Origin: Candidatus Eiseniibacteriota bacterium
GTDB lineage: Bacteria; Eisenbacteria; RBG-16-71-46; CAIMUX01; VGJL01
NCBI GenBank assembly: GCA_041946735.1
Contig: JBHGAY010000029.1
Span: 1 to 64,000, forward strand
DNA length: 64,000 nucleotides
Reading direction: 5' to 3'
Below the pieces are notes generated by a model. The model saw only the letters and a program-made list of their open reading frames with translations, ran no database searches and was not told the DNA's origin. This document shows, in pieces, positions 19,248 to 29,051 of the stretch. Position numbers and translations under genes: made by a program. Each line of letters starts with the position of its first letter. Positions within the stretch are counted from its first letter, which is position 1.

Positions 19248-21107
19248 ATGGCGGGAGCGGGCGAAGCGGGAGGAGCGCAAGCGGCGCAGGGGCAGGCGCG
19301 GGGACCGGCATCATCCGATTGGCGGGATGCGGTCTTCTGGACAGCGGCCGGCGCGGCCGTCTTCGTCGGCCTCGCCCGGGCGATCTCGCTTCGATGGGTC
19401 AGCGACGACGCGTTCATCACCTTCCGTTACGTCGACAACCTGCTCGCCGGACGCGGCCTCGTCTACAACGCCGGCGAGCGTGTCGAGGGCTACACGCACT
19501 TCCTCTGGCTGATGCTCCTCGCCGTCCCGCGCGCGCTCGGCGCCGATCCGGTCGTCGTGTCGGAAGTCCTGGGGATCGTCGCGTTCGTCGGGACGATCGC
19601 GCTGCTCGCATGGATCTCGTCCCGGGTGGCGGGGCGTGGCCCGGCGGCGGCGAGCCCGCCGATCCCCCTCGCCGCGGTGCTGCTCGCGCTCCACTTCGAC
19701 GCCGCGATCTGGGCGACCGGCGGGCTCGAGACCTCGCTCTTCACGCTGCTGCTGACTGGGGTCGTGGTGGCGGCCTGGCGCTGCTCACGCCCGCACGGCG
19801 CGCACCGCCGCCGGGACGACGTCACCCTCGGCCTCCTGCTCGGGCTTCATATCCTGACCCGCCCGGACGGGGTCCTGCTCTATCCGGTGGCGCTGGGCGC
19901 AGCGCTATTGCCCGGGGCAGCTCCAGCAGCCCGGCCGCTCCGCGATCGGCTCGTATGGCTGCACGCGCCGCTCGCGCTGCTCCTCGGCCCCTGGATCCTC
20001 TGGAAGCTCGCCTACTACGGCTCGATCGTCCCGAACACCTACTACGCGAAGGGAGCGGGCGGCGCGTGGTTCTCCCAAGGCTTCCGCTACCTCTGGCTCT
20101 ACTCCCGCGCGTACGTCTCGTCGGCGGTGCTGTTCGTGGCGGCGGCGGCATGGCTCGTCGCGAGGCTCGCCGGCCGGCGCCATCGTCCGGGGCCGGCACG
20201 CGCCCGGCTCCTCAACGACCCGGCGCTGCGGATGCTCTTGCTCTGCGTCGTGTCGGCCTCCCTCTATCTCGTCCTGTTCGTGGCGCGGGTCGGCGGCGAC
20301 TTCATGTTCGCGCGCTTCGTCGTCCCTGTCCTGCCACTCCTCTACCTGTCGATCGAGATCGCCCTCGCCCGGTGGCTGGGCCGGCGCCGCGTGGCGCTTG
20401 CCGCGGCATGCGTGCTGCTCGCCCTGGCCGTCCTCGGCGAAAGGACGCTGCGCGACTCGATCTACTTCGACGATCGAGGAGAGCCGCGGCGCGGTTACGG
20501 GCCGTGGGGGATCGCGGACGAGCACTGGTACTGGTCCCATCGCGACGCGGCGACCGGGCAGACGTTGATCGAGCGCTACCGGCAGGTCGGGCGGCAGCTC
20601 GCCGTCTACTTCGACGGCGAGGACGTGCGCGTGCTGACCGGCGGGCAGGCGAGTCTCGCCTACTACGGGCGGTTCGCGGTCGCGATCGAGGCGGCGGGAC
20701 TGACCGACCGCACGATCGCGCACCTACGGATCGAGAAGCACGGCCGGCCGGGTCACGAGAAGCTCGCGCCGACCGAGTACCTCGTGCGCCGCGGCGTCCA
20801 CTTCGAGTTCGGCAAACGTCCGCGGCGGAGCGAGGAGTACCGGCAGGCCTACTTCCGGGTCGGCATGGATGCTGTCCGCGCGGAGATCTTCACCTACGAC
20901 GCGGCGCTCTTCGCGCGCCTTCGCGAACGATTCCCGGATGCCGTCTCGATCCCGGATTTCGAGGGCTACCTGGACGGTTGGCTGGCGACGATCGATGGAC
21001 GGCCACGCAATGAGGTCCGTCGCGAGTACGAGGACTTCCGGGATTTCTACTTCATGCACAACGAGGACCCCGCCCGAGAGCAGAGGGTCCTCGCACACTC
21101 GCGGTGA
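19248..21107 (+). CDS. GT-C type integral-membrane glycosyltransferase (AftB-like N-terminus)
   Basis: SDDAFITFRYVDNL..G.GLVYNAGERVEGYTHFLW, GGLETSL, TRPDG, YYGSIVPNTYYAK and GGDFMFARF. Confidence 0.78.
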   Translation: MAGAGEAGGAQAAQGQARGPASSDWRDAVFWTAAGAAVFVGLARAISLRWVSDDAFITFRYVDNLLAGRGLVYNAGERVEGYTHFLWLMLLAVPRALGADPVVVSEVLGIVAFVGTIALLAWISSRVAGRGPAAASPPIPLAAVLLALHFDAAIWATGGLETSLFTLLLTGVVVAAWRCSRPHGAHRRRDDVTLGLLLGLHILTRPDGVLLYPVALGAALLPGAAPAARPLRDRLVWLHAPLALLLGPWILWKLAYYGSIVPNTYYAKGAGGAWFSQGFRYLWLYSRAYVSSAVLFVAAAAWLVARLAGRRHRPGPARARLLNDPALRMLLLCVVSASLYLVLFVARVGGDFMFARFVVPVLPLLYLSIEIALARWLGRRRVALAAACVLLALAVLGERTLRDSIYFDDRGEPRRGYGPWGIADEHWYWSHRDAATGQTLIERYRQVGRQLAVYFDGEDVRVLTGGQASLAYYGRFAVAIEAAGLTDRTIAHLRIEKHGRPGHEKLAPTEYLVRRGVHFEFGKRPRRSEEYRQAYFRVGMDAVRAEIFTYDAALFARLRERFPDAVSIPDFEGYLDGWLATIDGRPRNEVRREYEDFRDFYFMHNEDPAREQRVLAHSR

Positions 21108-21153
21108 ATGACTACGCGGTGCTGTCCGTCGGGGGGGAGCGCCGGGCGCGGTG

Positions 21154-22344
21154 TCAGCGGCGACCGAAGCCCGCCCTGAATCTTCCCCAGCTCGTCGTGA
21201 CCGTCATCGTTGGAGCCGTGCAGCCCACGCCAAACCGTCCGATCTGCCCGCACTCATCGTTGTTCTCGGCCGCGCAGGGCGAGTCGGACCGCAAGCGGAA
21301 GTCGCCGCCATCGGGGGAGCAAAAGAGAGGATCAACCCCTATGTTCCCGTCCAGTCCGAGCTGCTCGGTGATGCAACCGATCCAGTCGCCCCCTCCGTTA
21401 CCCCAGAGATCAGTGCAGGCAAGTCGCGCATCGGCCTGATCGCAGAAGAGAGCCTGGCCTTCGTTGATCGCGATGATCGTGTTCTCCAGAAATGGGAGAG
21501 CGCCCACCGCCGCGAACACCCCCCCGACCGGATCACCTGAGTTCGCCGCGATGGTGCACTGACGGATCGTAGGTGCGCATTCCGCCGCGAGAATCGCTCC
21601 CGCCCCATAGTTTGCTCGGTTGCCAACTATGAGACAATCAATCAACTCGACCGGACAAATCTGGCAACAGATCGCACCTGCGCTAGCGAACAAGGAGGAG
21701 GCTGTGTTGCCCTCGAACACGCAACGCTCGATCCTTGGGAGGCCGCTGCTGCAGGAACAGAAACCGCCTCCACCGAACTCGCAGCTGTTATTGCGGAATA
21801 CGCAGTCGACTATCCATGCTTGGGAGCCGCACGCGAGGACTCCACCGCCCCCTACCCCAGGAACGCAGAGATTCGCTTCCAGGATGCAGTTTCGAATGAT
21901 CGGATTCGCGTGATAGATCCAGATTCCTCCCGCCTGCGTTCCCCTGCCGTTTTTGATCGTAACTCCATCGAGGATGGCGCCTGGTCCCTCATACGACTCA
22001 AAGAAGACGCCCGTGTTGTCCTGTTCGCAATCGATCACGCAATCGGCCGGGCTCCCGCTCTCAGAGTGGACGAGAATTTCCCGGCCCCCGTAGGAGAATC
22101 CCACGTTTCCTGGGCCCCTATAGACGCCGGAGCCGAGGCAGACGGTGTCGCCGTCGACTGCTGTGGCGATGGCGGACTGAATATCCGGATAGTCTCCGGA
22201 GCCGTCCGGCCGTACGTAGTAGGTGCTGGCAGTTCCCGGGCTAACCGTGCCGACCTCAGCGAGCACGAGCGCGACCGGGAAGAGCTCTCGGAGCAGCAGG
22301 ACCGGGCAGATGCGTCTCCGACTTCTTCGCTTCGGCTCTCTCAT
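21154..22344 (-). CDS. Secreted right-handed beta-helix (pectin-lyase-like) protein with C-terminal SWG motif
   Basis: YYVRPDGSGDYPDIQSAI, repeated I.NC.F..N, NIGVDPLFC..DFRLRSDSPC, and terminal TTSWGRFRAGFGRR. Lower GC than flanks. Confidence 0.85.
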   Translation of the reverse strand: MREPKRRSRRRICPVLLLRELFPVALVLAEVGTVSPGTASTYYVRPDGSGDYPDIQSAIATAVDGDTVCLGSGVYRGPGNVGFSYGGREILVHSESGSPADCVIDCEQDNTGVFFESYEGPGAILDGVTIKNGRGTQAGGIWIYHANPIIRNCILEANLCVPGVGGGGVLACGSQAWIVDCVFRNNSCEFGGGGFCSCSSGLPRIERCVFEGNTASSLFASAGAICCQICPVELIDCLIVGNRANYGAGAILAAECAPTIRQCTIAANSGDPVGGVFAAVGALPFLENTIIAINEGQALFCDQADARLACTDLWGNGGGDWIGCITEQLGLDGNIGVDPLFCSPDGGDFRLRSDSPCAAENNDECGQIGRFGVGCTAPTMTVTTSWGRFRAGFGRR

Positions 22345-22771
22345 GGCAGCTGATGGAACTCATAGGGCAGCGTCTCGTTGCTCGTGCAGACAATGCATTT
22401 CCCCAGTTCGATCGATGTCTGAGAGCCTACCCAGATCTCCTTATTGCAGTTGGGGTGGTCATAGCAGCCGATGAAACAGAGCGTGACGAGGCCAGAGTAC
22501 TGCGGAACGCCAATCCAGGCGTTGCCTGTATCCGGTCAGGAGTAGAACGGGCCGTGCCAGTCACCTGTGCCGATTCGAACGTAGTAAGGGACACCTCCAA
22601 TCGAATACTGGCCCGGAGGGTAGATGCTCCCCCCGGAGGTTCCTGCATGAAGCCAGCAGGTATCCCGAACCGGTTCGGGTCCGCCGCAATCACCAACGAG
22701 CGGATCAGACTGAGCCGAGATCGGCATCAGTAGGGTTCGAGGAGAGAGATACAGACAGACAGTGATCTCAT
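22341..22771 (-). pseudogene. Disrupted small secreted Cys-rich protein (frameshift in signal peptide plus in-frame TGA)
   Basis: AAGGAGG-ATG at 22771. A 1-nt shift near 22737 restores signal peptide MRSLSVCISLLxTLLMPISAQS. The frame continues past TGA 22536-22538 to a stop overlapping the next ATG (ATGA). Confidence 0.65.
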
Positions 22772-22837
22772 TGCGGCCTCCTTGAACTGAGCTGTGATTT
22801 GAACCATCGCTGGATCACGCGAACCCAACCGCGACGT

Positions 22838-22866
22838 ATTGTGATCGTTTGGCGGCGGGGAGTCAA
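22838..22866 (-). promoter_or_regulatory. sigma70-type promoter
   Basis: TTGACT-N17-CACAAT upstream of the 22771 start. Confidence 0.6.
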
Positions 22867-22922
22867 GGATCGCCAAAACGAGGGGCCTGCACAACGGGGC
22901 CTACGCTGTAGTACACAACCAC

Positions 22923-23267
22923 CTACTTCATCAGCGTGGCGACCTCGCGTGCCCTGCGCTGGTTGTGCTCGAAGGTCAGGCGCTTGTAGCTCACGACGTC
23001 GACGATCGTCCCGATCAGGCAGATCCCGCCGGTCAGCAGATAGAGCAGGCCCATGCCGACCTGATCGAGGACGAACCGCTGAATCCCCGCGATTCCGATG
23101 AACCCGAGCAGCGAGAGGATCAGGATCGTCTGCGGATCCTTGCGGCGCTCGCGGTAGACCGTCGCGAAGGACGAGGCCTGCGCGTCGTCCATAGGCTCGA
23201 GGATCTGCTGGACGTACGCCAGCTCCTCTCCCTCGATCTCGGGCAGGTGGTTGATGACCTTCGCCAT
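22923..23267 (-). CDS. TM2-domain membrane protein
   Basis: RKDPQTILILSLLGFIGIAGIQRFVLDQVGMGLLYLLTGGICLIGTIVD. Confidence 0.85.
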   Translation of the reverse strand: MAKVINHLPEIEGEELAYVQQILEPMDDAQASSFATVYRERRKDPQTILILSLLGFIGIAGIQRFVLDQVGMGLLYLLTGGICLIGTIVDVVSYKRLTFEHNQRRAREVATLMK

Positions 23268-23281
23268 CGGCTTCCTCCTCT

Positions 23282-23324
23282 TCTTCTTCCTCGGGACTCC
23301 TCTTCCTCTTCTTCCTCGGGACTC
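23282..23324. repeat. 18-bp direct repeat (25-bp period) in the TM2 gene leader
   Basis: tcttcttcctcgggactc at 23282-23299 and 23307-23324. Confidence 0.7.
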
Positions 23325-23325
23325 T

Positions 23326-23727
23326 TCAGAAACGTGATCCGGCCGCCGCGACGCGACCACCGGTTGCGCGCCATTCCTCGGTGACAATCTCGGTGCTACG
23401 CCGGCCCGTCAAGCAGAGCAGATGCGCGATCCGCCGAAGGAGGATTGCCAGCGCCGGCAATCCGAGCGGGTGCGCGAGGAACGAATCGATCAGGCGACCG
23501 TGGAGCGCGAGCGCAATCGAGCGGCCGAGGCCGCATCCCGGGCAGAACGGGATTCCGAGCCGGTGCGCGAGGCAAAGATCAGGCGCCGCGCTCCTCGCAG
23601 CCGCTTGGTTGGTCAGATCCAGCCGGAAGCCGATCCAGAAGAGAAAGGCAAGACTCGCAGCCCAGACGACCGCCTCGAGAGGCACGCCGCCGGACCGTAG
23701 AGCCCATCGCCGATCGCCGATCTTCAT
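23326..23727 (-). CDS. DUF2752-like membrane protein
   Basis: C...LGIPFCPGCGLGRSI...LHG....SF.AHPLG. Confidence 0.8.
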   Translation of the reverse strand: MKIGDRRWALRSGGVPLEAVVWAASLAFLFWIGFRLDLTNQAAARSAAPDLCLAHRLGIPFCPGCGLGRSIALALHGRLIDSFLAHPLGLPALAILLRRIAHLLCLTGRRSTEIVTEEWRATGGRVAAAGSRF

Positions 23728-23813
23728 CGCACGGAGGATAATGGATCGACGAGGAGATTCAAGGGGTAGGGCGGGGGCGAGCGACGCGACCGGACCGCAG
23801 CCTCCATCGATCG

Positions 23814-24827
23814 TCAGCCGTGCGGCTTGATGATGACCTTGACCGCCTCGGAGCGACCGAGAACGAGCTGGAACCCGCGCGCCGTCTCCTCAAGAGGCAG
23901 GCGGTGGGTCACGAGGGAGTCGACCTCGATCTCCCCGGCAGCCAGGAGCCCGATCGACTCCCGGAGGTCCTGCGGCCCGCAGTAGTAGGAGGTGAGGATG
24001 CGGATCTCCTTCGTCCAGAGATCGTTCGCGGGGAGGATCACCTGCTTCTCGGGCCCCGGGACAGCGAAGAAGACGACGGCGCCACCCTTGTCCACGGCGG
24101 CCCATGCCTGACCCACCGCCTGCAGCGCCGCCGTGCAGATAACGACGACGTCCGCCTTCCCTCCGAAGAACTCGCTCGCCGCGCCCGCCACGTCCTCGCC
24201 GGCCGGAATGACGAGGTCCGCGCCCAGCGCCGCAGCGCGCTCGCGCCTCGAAGCGTCGACGTCCGTCGCCACCACGCGGCATCCCCTGCGCTTCGCGAGC
24301 TGCACCTGAAGAAGGCCGGACATTCCGCAACCGAGGACGAGCAGCGACTGGCCGCCGCGTAGCCCCGCCATCGCCTGGGATCGGATCACGCATGCCAGCG
24401 GCTCGATGAACGTGGCCCGGTCGAAGGAGATCGTGTCGGGCAGCCGATGGCAGCCGTGCTCGACCAGGACCCGGGGGACGAGGACGTACTCGGCGAAGCC
24501 GCCCGGAAGGCGCTCCCGGACGCCTTCGCATTGCGGATGGTGACCGCCACGGCAGTACTTGCATTCGCCGCAAGGCGCCTTCGGGGCGATGAAGACGCGG
24601 TCTCCCGGGACGAAGTCCGTGACGCCCGGCCCCGTCTCGACGACCTCGGCCCCGATCTCGTGACCCAGGACGAGCGGCGCTCGCGGGAGCCGGTACCATT
24701 CGACGACGTCCGAGCCGCAGATGCCGCAGGAGTGGACCTTGACGGTCATCTCCCCCGGACCGGGGGCCGGCAGCGGGCGCTCCTCGATGCGCACGTCCCG
24801 GTTGTTGTACCAGACGGCGGCTTTCAT
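23814..24827 (-). CDS. Zn-dependent alcohol/polyol dehydrogenase (MDR family)
   Basis: CGICGSD, GHEIGAEV, CGECKYC..QC, EPLAC and LGCGMSG. Confidence 0.9.
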   Translation of the reverse strand: MKAAVWYNNRDVRIEERPLPAPGPGEMTVKVHSCGICGSDVVEWYRLPRAPLVLGHEIGAEVVETGPGVTDFVPGDRVFIAPKAPCGECKYCRGGHHPQCEGVRERLPGGFAEYVLVPRVLVEHGCHRLPDTISFDRATFIEPLACVIRSQAMAGLRGGQSLLVLGCGMSGLLQVQLAKRRGCRVVATDVDASRRERAAALGADLVIPAGEDVAGAASEFFGGKADVVVICTAALQAVGQAWAAVDKGGAVVFFAVPGPEKQVILPANDLWTKEIRILTSYYCGPQDLRESIGLLAAGEIEVDSLVTHRLPLEETARGFQLVLGRSEAVKVIIKPHG

Positions 24828-24839
24828 CGGGCGCCTGGG

Positions 24840-25769
24840 CTAAGGCCGCGCGGTCTTCGGCGTGACGGTCTTCGGCATCTCGGTCTTCGGCATCTCGGAC
24901 TTCAGCGTCTCGAACAGATCCATCGCCTGCTCGGGTTTCATGTTCTGGTGCACGACCGCGCGCACGGCCTGGATCATGGCCGAGGGAGCGTCGCTCTGGA
25001 AGATGTTCCGCCCCATGTCCACCCCGGCGGCGCCGTGCTGAAGCGCGTCGTAGGCCATCTTCAGGGCGTCGCGCTCGGGCGTCTTCTTGCCTCCGGCCAC
25101 GACGATCGGCACGGGGCAGGAGGAGGTCACCGTCTCGAAATCCTCCTCGACGTAGTACGTCTTCACGTAGGTCGCCCCGAGCTCCGCGCAGATGCGGCAC
25201 GCCAGGCGGAAGTACTGAGCGTCGCGCTTCATCTCCTTGCCCACCGCCGTCACGGCCATCACCGGCATTCCGTGGCGCATGCCCAGGTCCACCAGCTTCG
25301 TCATGTTGTGGACCGAGCGGGTCTCGAACGTCCCGCCGATGAACACCTGGATGCCCACGCCGCAAGCGTTCAAACGGAGGGCGTCCTCCATGTCCATGGC
25401 GATCTCCTCGTCGGAGAGGTCCTTCAGGATGCTCGGCCCGCCGCTCGCGCGCAGGACCGTGGGCGCGGAAATCTGCGGGGGCACGAGTGAGCGCAGGATC
25501 CCGCGCGTGCAGAAGAGGGCGTCGCAGTGGGAAACCAACGGAAGGATCGAGAGGTCGATGCGCTCGAGCCCGCTCGTCGGTCCCTGGAAGTAGCCATGGT
25601 CCACGGCGAGCATGACGGTCCGCCCGCTCTCGGCATCGAAGACGCGGGCCAGGCGGTTCTTCAATCCCCAGTCGTACGAGCCCGCTCCCTTGATGGGAAA
25701 CGGCAGGCTCTTCTGCGGGACGTCGGCACGGTACTCCTTCATCCTCCCGCTGAAATCGGCTTCGGGCAT
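24840..25769 (-). CDS. lsrF: LsrF-type class I aldolase/thiolase
   Basis: [53 protein letters not shown] and [10 protein letters not shown]. The C-terminus has a 15-bp repeat (EMPKT). Confidence 0.9.
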   Translation of the reverse strand: MPEADFSGRMKEYRADVPQKSLPFPIKGAGSYDWGLKNRLARVFDAESGRTVMLAVDHGYFQGPTSGLERIDLSILPLVSHCDALFCTRGILRSLVPPQISAPTVLRASGGPSILKDLSDEEIAMDMEDALRLNACGVGIQVFIGGTFETRSVHNMTKLVDLGMRHGMPVMAVTAVGKEMKRDAQYFRLACRICAELGATYVKTYYVEEDFETVTSSCPVPIVVAGGKKTPERDALKMAYDALQHGAAGVDMGRNIFQSDAPSAMIQAVRAVVHQNMKPEQAMDLFETLKSEMPKTEMPKTVTPKTARP

Positions 25770-25976
25770 GTCGAGCGCTCCTCTTCTCCAGCGCACCGGG
25801 TACTCGTCGTCGATTCGCTTCTCCGGCGCACCGGGTACTTCTCGTCAGAACCGGTCGAAGATAGCGAACCCGGAGGGGGGAGGGCAATGCGCCGGGCGAG
25901 GGGACTGCGCCGGGAGCGGGGCTCTTGCGCGCGCGGCGCCCCGAGACCTGCAGGCCGGCGACCAGGCCAGTTCCAC

Positions 25977-28900
25977 CTACCTACCGCCGCGAAACCGTTT
26001 CAGCCTCAGGCTGTTCGTCACCACGGAGACCGAGCTCATCGCCATCGCGAAGGCGGCGATCGCGGGATTGAGCAACCAGCCGGTCACCGGATACAGAACG
26101 CCCGCCGCAATCGGGATCCCCACCACGTTGTAGACGAACGCCCAGAACAGATTCTGCCGGATCGTCCCCATCGTGCGGCGCGAGAGGTCGTAGGCGTCGA
26201 CGAGGCGCCCCAGGTCGCCGCCCAGCAGAGTGACTCCGGCGCTCTCGATCGCGACGTCGGTGCCCGTCCCCATCGCGACGCCGACGTCCGCCTGCGCAAG
26301 CGCCGGCGCGTCGTTGATCCCGTCCCCCGCCATCAGTACGCGCCGCCCCTCGGCCTGCAGGCTCCGCACCGCTTCCGCCTTGTCCTCCGGCTTCACCTCC
26401 GCGAAGACCCGCTCGATGCCCAGCTCGCGCGCGACCGCCTCGGCCGTGCGCCGGGAGTCGCCCGTCTGCATGGACAGCAAGAGCCCGCGCTCGCGCAGCC
26501 GCGACAGGACGTTCCGCGCCTCGTCCTTGATCGGATCGGCGACCGACAGGACGGCCGAAGCCTGGCCGTCGACAGCCGCGAGCACCGCCGTCCGCCCCGC
26601 CCGCTCCTCGTCCTCCAGGATGGCGAGCGCTCCGTCGACGCCGAGACCTCGCTCCTCGAACAGCGCGCGGTTGCCGATCAACAGCTCATGCCCGTCGATC
26701 CGCGCCTCGACCCCGCGCCCGGTCAGCGAATCGAACCGCTCGATCGCGATCCCTCCGTTCGCCGCCGCCGGCTCGATCCCACGCTCCCTCGCGCCGCTCA
26801 GGATCGCCGAAGCGAGCGGGTGCTGCGAGCGCGACTCCGCAGCCGCCACGAGCCGCAGCGTCTCCTCCTCGCCGACGCTCGCTCCCGGAACGGCGCGCAC
26901 CGCGACCAACGCCGGCTCGCCGCGCGTCAGCGTCCCGGTCTTGTCGAAGACGACCGCGTCGGCCCGCCCGATCGACTCGAGCACCTCGGCGTTGCGCACG
27001 AGCACGCCCAGCTCTGCCCCCTTGCCGGTCGCGACCGTGATCGCGGTCGGCGTGGCGAGCCCGAGCGCGCACGGGCAGGCGATGATCAGGACGGCCACGA
27101 AGTTCGCGAGCGCGTAGGACAAGCGCGGCTCGGGGCCGGCCAGCATCCAGACGACGAACGTCACGAGCGCCGCCGCGATCACCGCCGGGACGAAGACAGC
27201 CGCGACCCGGTCGACGAGGCGCTGGATCGGCGCCTTGCTCCCCTGCGCTTCGCGCACCATCGCGACGATCCGCGCGAGCACCGTCTGCTTGCCGACGCGC
27301 GTCGCGCGGAACGTGAAGCTCCCCGTTCCGTTGATCGTCGCGCCGATCACCGGATCGCCCGGCCCGCGCTCGACCGGCAGCGACTCGCCGGTCACCATGC
27401 TCTCGTCGACCGTCGAGCGCCCGTCGACCACGACGCCGTCGACCGGGATCTTCTCGCCGGGGCGCACGATCACCAGGTCTCCGACCACGACCTCCTCGAT
27501 CGGCACGTCCTGCTCGCGCTGCTCGCCCTGCTCGCCGCCGTCGCCGTGGCTGCCGGCGCGCCCGCCGCCGCGCCGCACGCGCGCCGTCTTCGCCGACAAT
27601 CCGATCAGGCGGCGGATCGCGTCGGACGCCCGCCCCTTCGCCCGCTCCTCGAGGAGCCGTCCCATCAGGATCAGCGTGACGATCACCGCGGCCGTCTCGA
27701 AATAGACGTGGACGGTCCCGTGCGGGCGCATGTCGGGCGGGAAGAGATGCGGCGCAAAGGTCCCGGCCGCAGAGAAGAGGAACGCCGAGCCGGTGCCGAT
27801 CGCGATCAGCGAGTCCATGTCGGCGGAGCGGCGGCGCAACGCCATCGCAAAGCCGCGGAAGAATGGCGCGGCCGACCAGAAGAGGATCGGCAGCGCGAGC
27901 ACGAACTGCACGATCTGGTTCGTCCGCTCGGGGATCGGCCAGGCGAGATGCGCGCCCGGGATCATCGCCGGCAGCGCGAGCGCGAGGATCGGGATCGCAA
28001 GCGCGAGCGAGACGACGAAGCGGCGTCGCAGGTCGCGATAGGCGCGCTCGCGCACCTCGGCGACTGCCTCCTCGCTCCCCTCCTCCTCGAGCGGGAGCGC
28101 GTCGTACGGACCGGCGGCACGGACCGCGGCGACGAGACGATCCGGCTCGATCGCTCCGTCGGCCGTGCGCACGGCGACCGTCCCGGCGGCGAAGTTGACG
28201 TTCGCGTCGACGACGCCAGGGACGGACTTCAGCTGCGTCTCCACCTTGAGGACGCATGAGGCGCAGCTCATCCCGGTGACGGCGAGATGCTGGACGGCGC
28301 CGCCGGCGGGGACCGAAGCGGACTGGGGAGCGGAGTCGGGAGCGGGTTGGGAGACCGGCGGGTGGGCGGCGGACCGCCGCTCCGGCATCGTGATCCGAAT
28401 CGGCTGCTCGAGCGGCGGCATCGCCGGCGGCTCGCGGTGTCCGGTCGCCCCCGCGATGACGGCCGGCTGCGTATCCGAATCCGCCCCAGTGCCCGCTTCC
28501 TGCTCCTCCTGCTCCTCCTCGTCGACAGGCTCGGCGTGGCATGGGCGGACTTTGTATCGTCCCTCCTCGAACGGGCGAAGCAGGTCTTCGAGCCGCGCGC
28601 CCGAGTGCGTGACGATCGCGCGCCCCTTCTCGAGATCGACGGAGACGGACTCGACGAGCGGGATCGCCTCGAGCGTCTTCCGCACGTGTCCGACGCATCC
28701 CTGGCAGGTCATTCCCTCGACGATCAGATGCTGCCGCTCGCGCGGAATCCGGAAGTCGGTCGGCGCGAGAGCGTCGCGCAGCACCGTCGCGCTCACCTCC
28801 CGAGTCGCCTCGATCTCGAGCGTCGCCTCCTTCGCCTGCGCGTCGGCGCTCGCTCGCACCACGCCGGGGATCGCCTCGAAGCGACGCCGGACCTCCCCCT

Positions 28901-29051
28901 CGCACCCGTGGCAGGTCATCCCTTCGACGCGGACGTGGATCGTCTTCACCGGGGCAGCGGCCTGGTCCGCCGTTGCCGCATCGACCCGTCCCTGTCGATC
29001 GTTCGCTTCGTTCCCCGTCACCGGGACACCCCCCGTTCCTGCGGATCTCAT
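25977..29051 (-). CDS. copA: Cu(I)-translocating P1B-type ATPase with three N-terminal HMA domains
   Basis: [53 protein letters not shown] and MAMSS. ATGA overlap with cusA. Confidence 0.95.
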   Translation of the reverse strand: MRSAGTGGVPVTGNEANDRQGRVDAATADQAAAPVKTIHVRVEGMTCHGCEGEVRRRFEAIPGVVRASADAQAKEATLEIEATREVSATVLRDALAPTDFRIPRERQHLIVEGMTCQGCVGHVRKTLEAIPLVESVSVDLEKGRAIVTHSGARLEDLLRPFEEGRYKVRPCHAEPVDEEEQEEQEAGTGADSDTQPAVIAGATGHREPPAMPPLEQPIRITMPERRSAAHPPVSQPAPDSAPQSASVPAGGAVQHLAVTGMSCASCVLKVETQLKSVPGVVDANVNFAAGTVAVRTADGAIEPDRLVAAVRAAGPYDALPLEEEGSEEAVAEVRERAYRDLRRRFVVSLALAIPILALALPAMIPGAHLAWPIPERTNQIVQFVLALPILFWSAAPFFRGFAMALRRRSADMDSLIAIGTGSAFLFSAAGTFAPHLFPPDMRPHGTVHVYFETAAVIVTLILMGRLLEERAKGRASDAIRRLIGLSAKTARVRRGGGRAGSHGDGGEQGEQREQDVPIEEVVVGDLVIVRPGEKIPVDGVVVDGRSTVDESMVTGESLPVERGPGDPVIGATINGTGSFTFRATRVGKQTVLARIVAMVREAQGSKAPIQRLVDRVAAVFVPAVIAAALVTFVVWMLAGPEPRLSYALANFVAVLIIACPCALGLATPTAITVATGKGAELGVLVRNAEVLESIGRADAVVFDKTGTLTRGEPALVAVRAVPGASVGEEETLRLVAAAESRSQHPLASAILSGARERGIEPAAANGGIAIERFDSLTGRGVEARIDGHELLIGNRALFEERGLGVDGALAILEDEERAGRTAVLAAVDGQASAVLSVADPIKDEARNVLSRLRERGLLLSMQTGDSRRTAEAVARELGIERVFAEVKPEDKAEAVRSLQAEGRRVLMAGDGINDAPALAQADVGVAMGTGTDVAIESAGVTLLGGDLGRLVDAYDLSRRTMGTIRQNLFWAFVYNVVGIPIAAGVLYPVTGWLLNPAIAAFAMAMSSVSVVTNSLRLKRFRGGR

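Noticed and set aside
22353..22733. Plus-strand 126-aa ORF in the low-GC islet
   Set aside because: Promoter, RBS, signal peptide and ATGA coupling all support the minus-strand disrupted gene instead.
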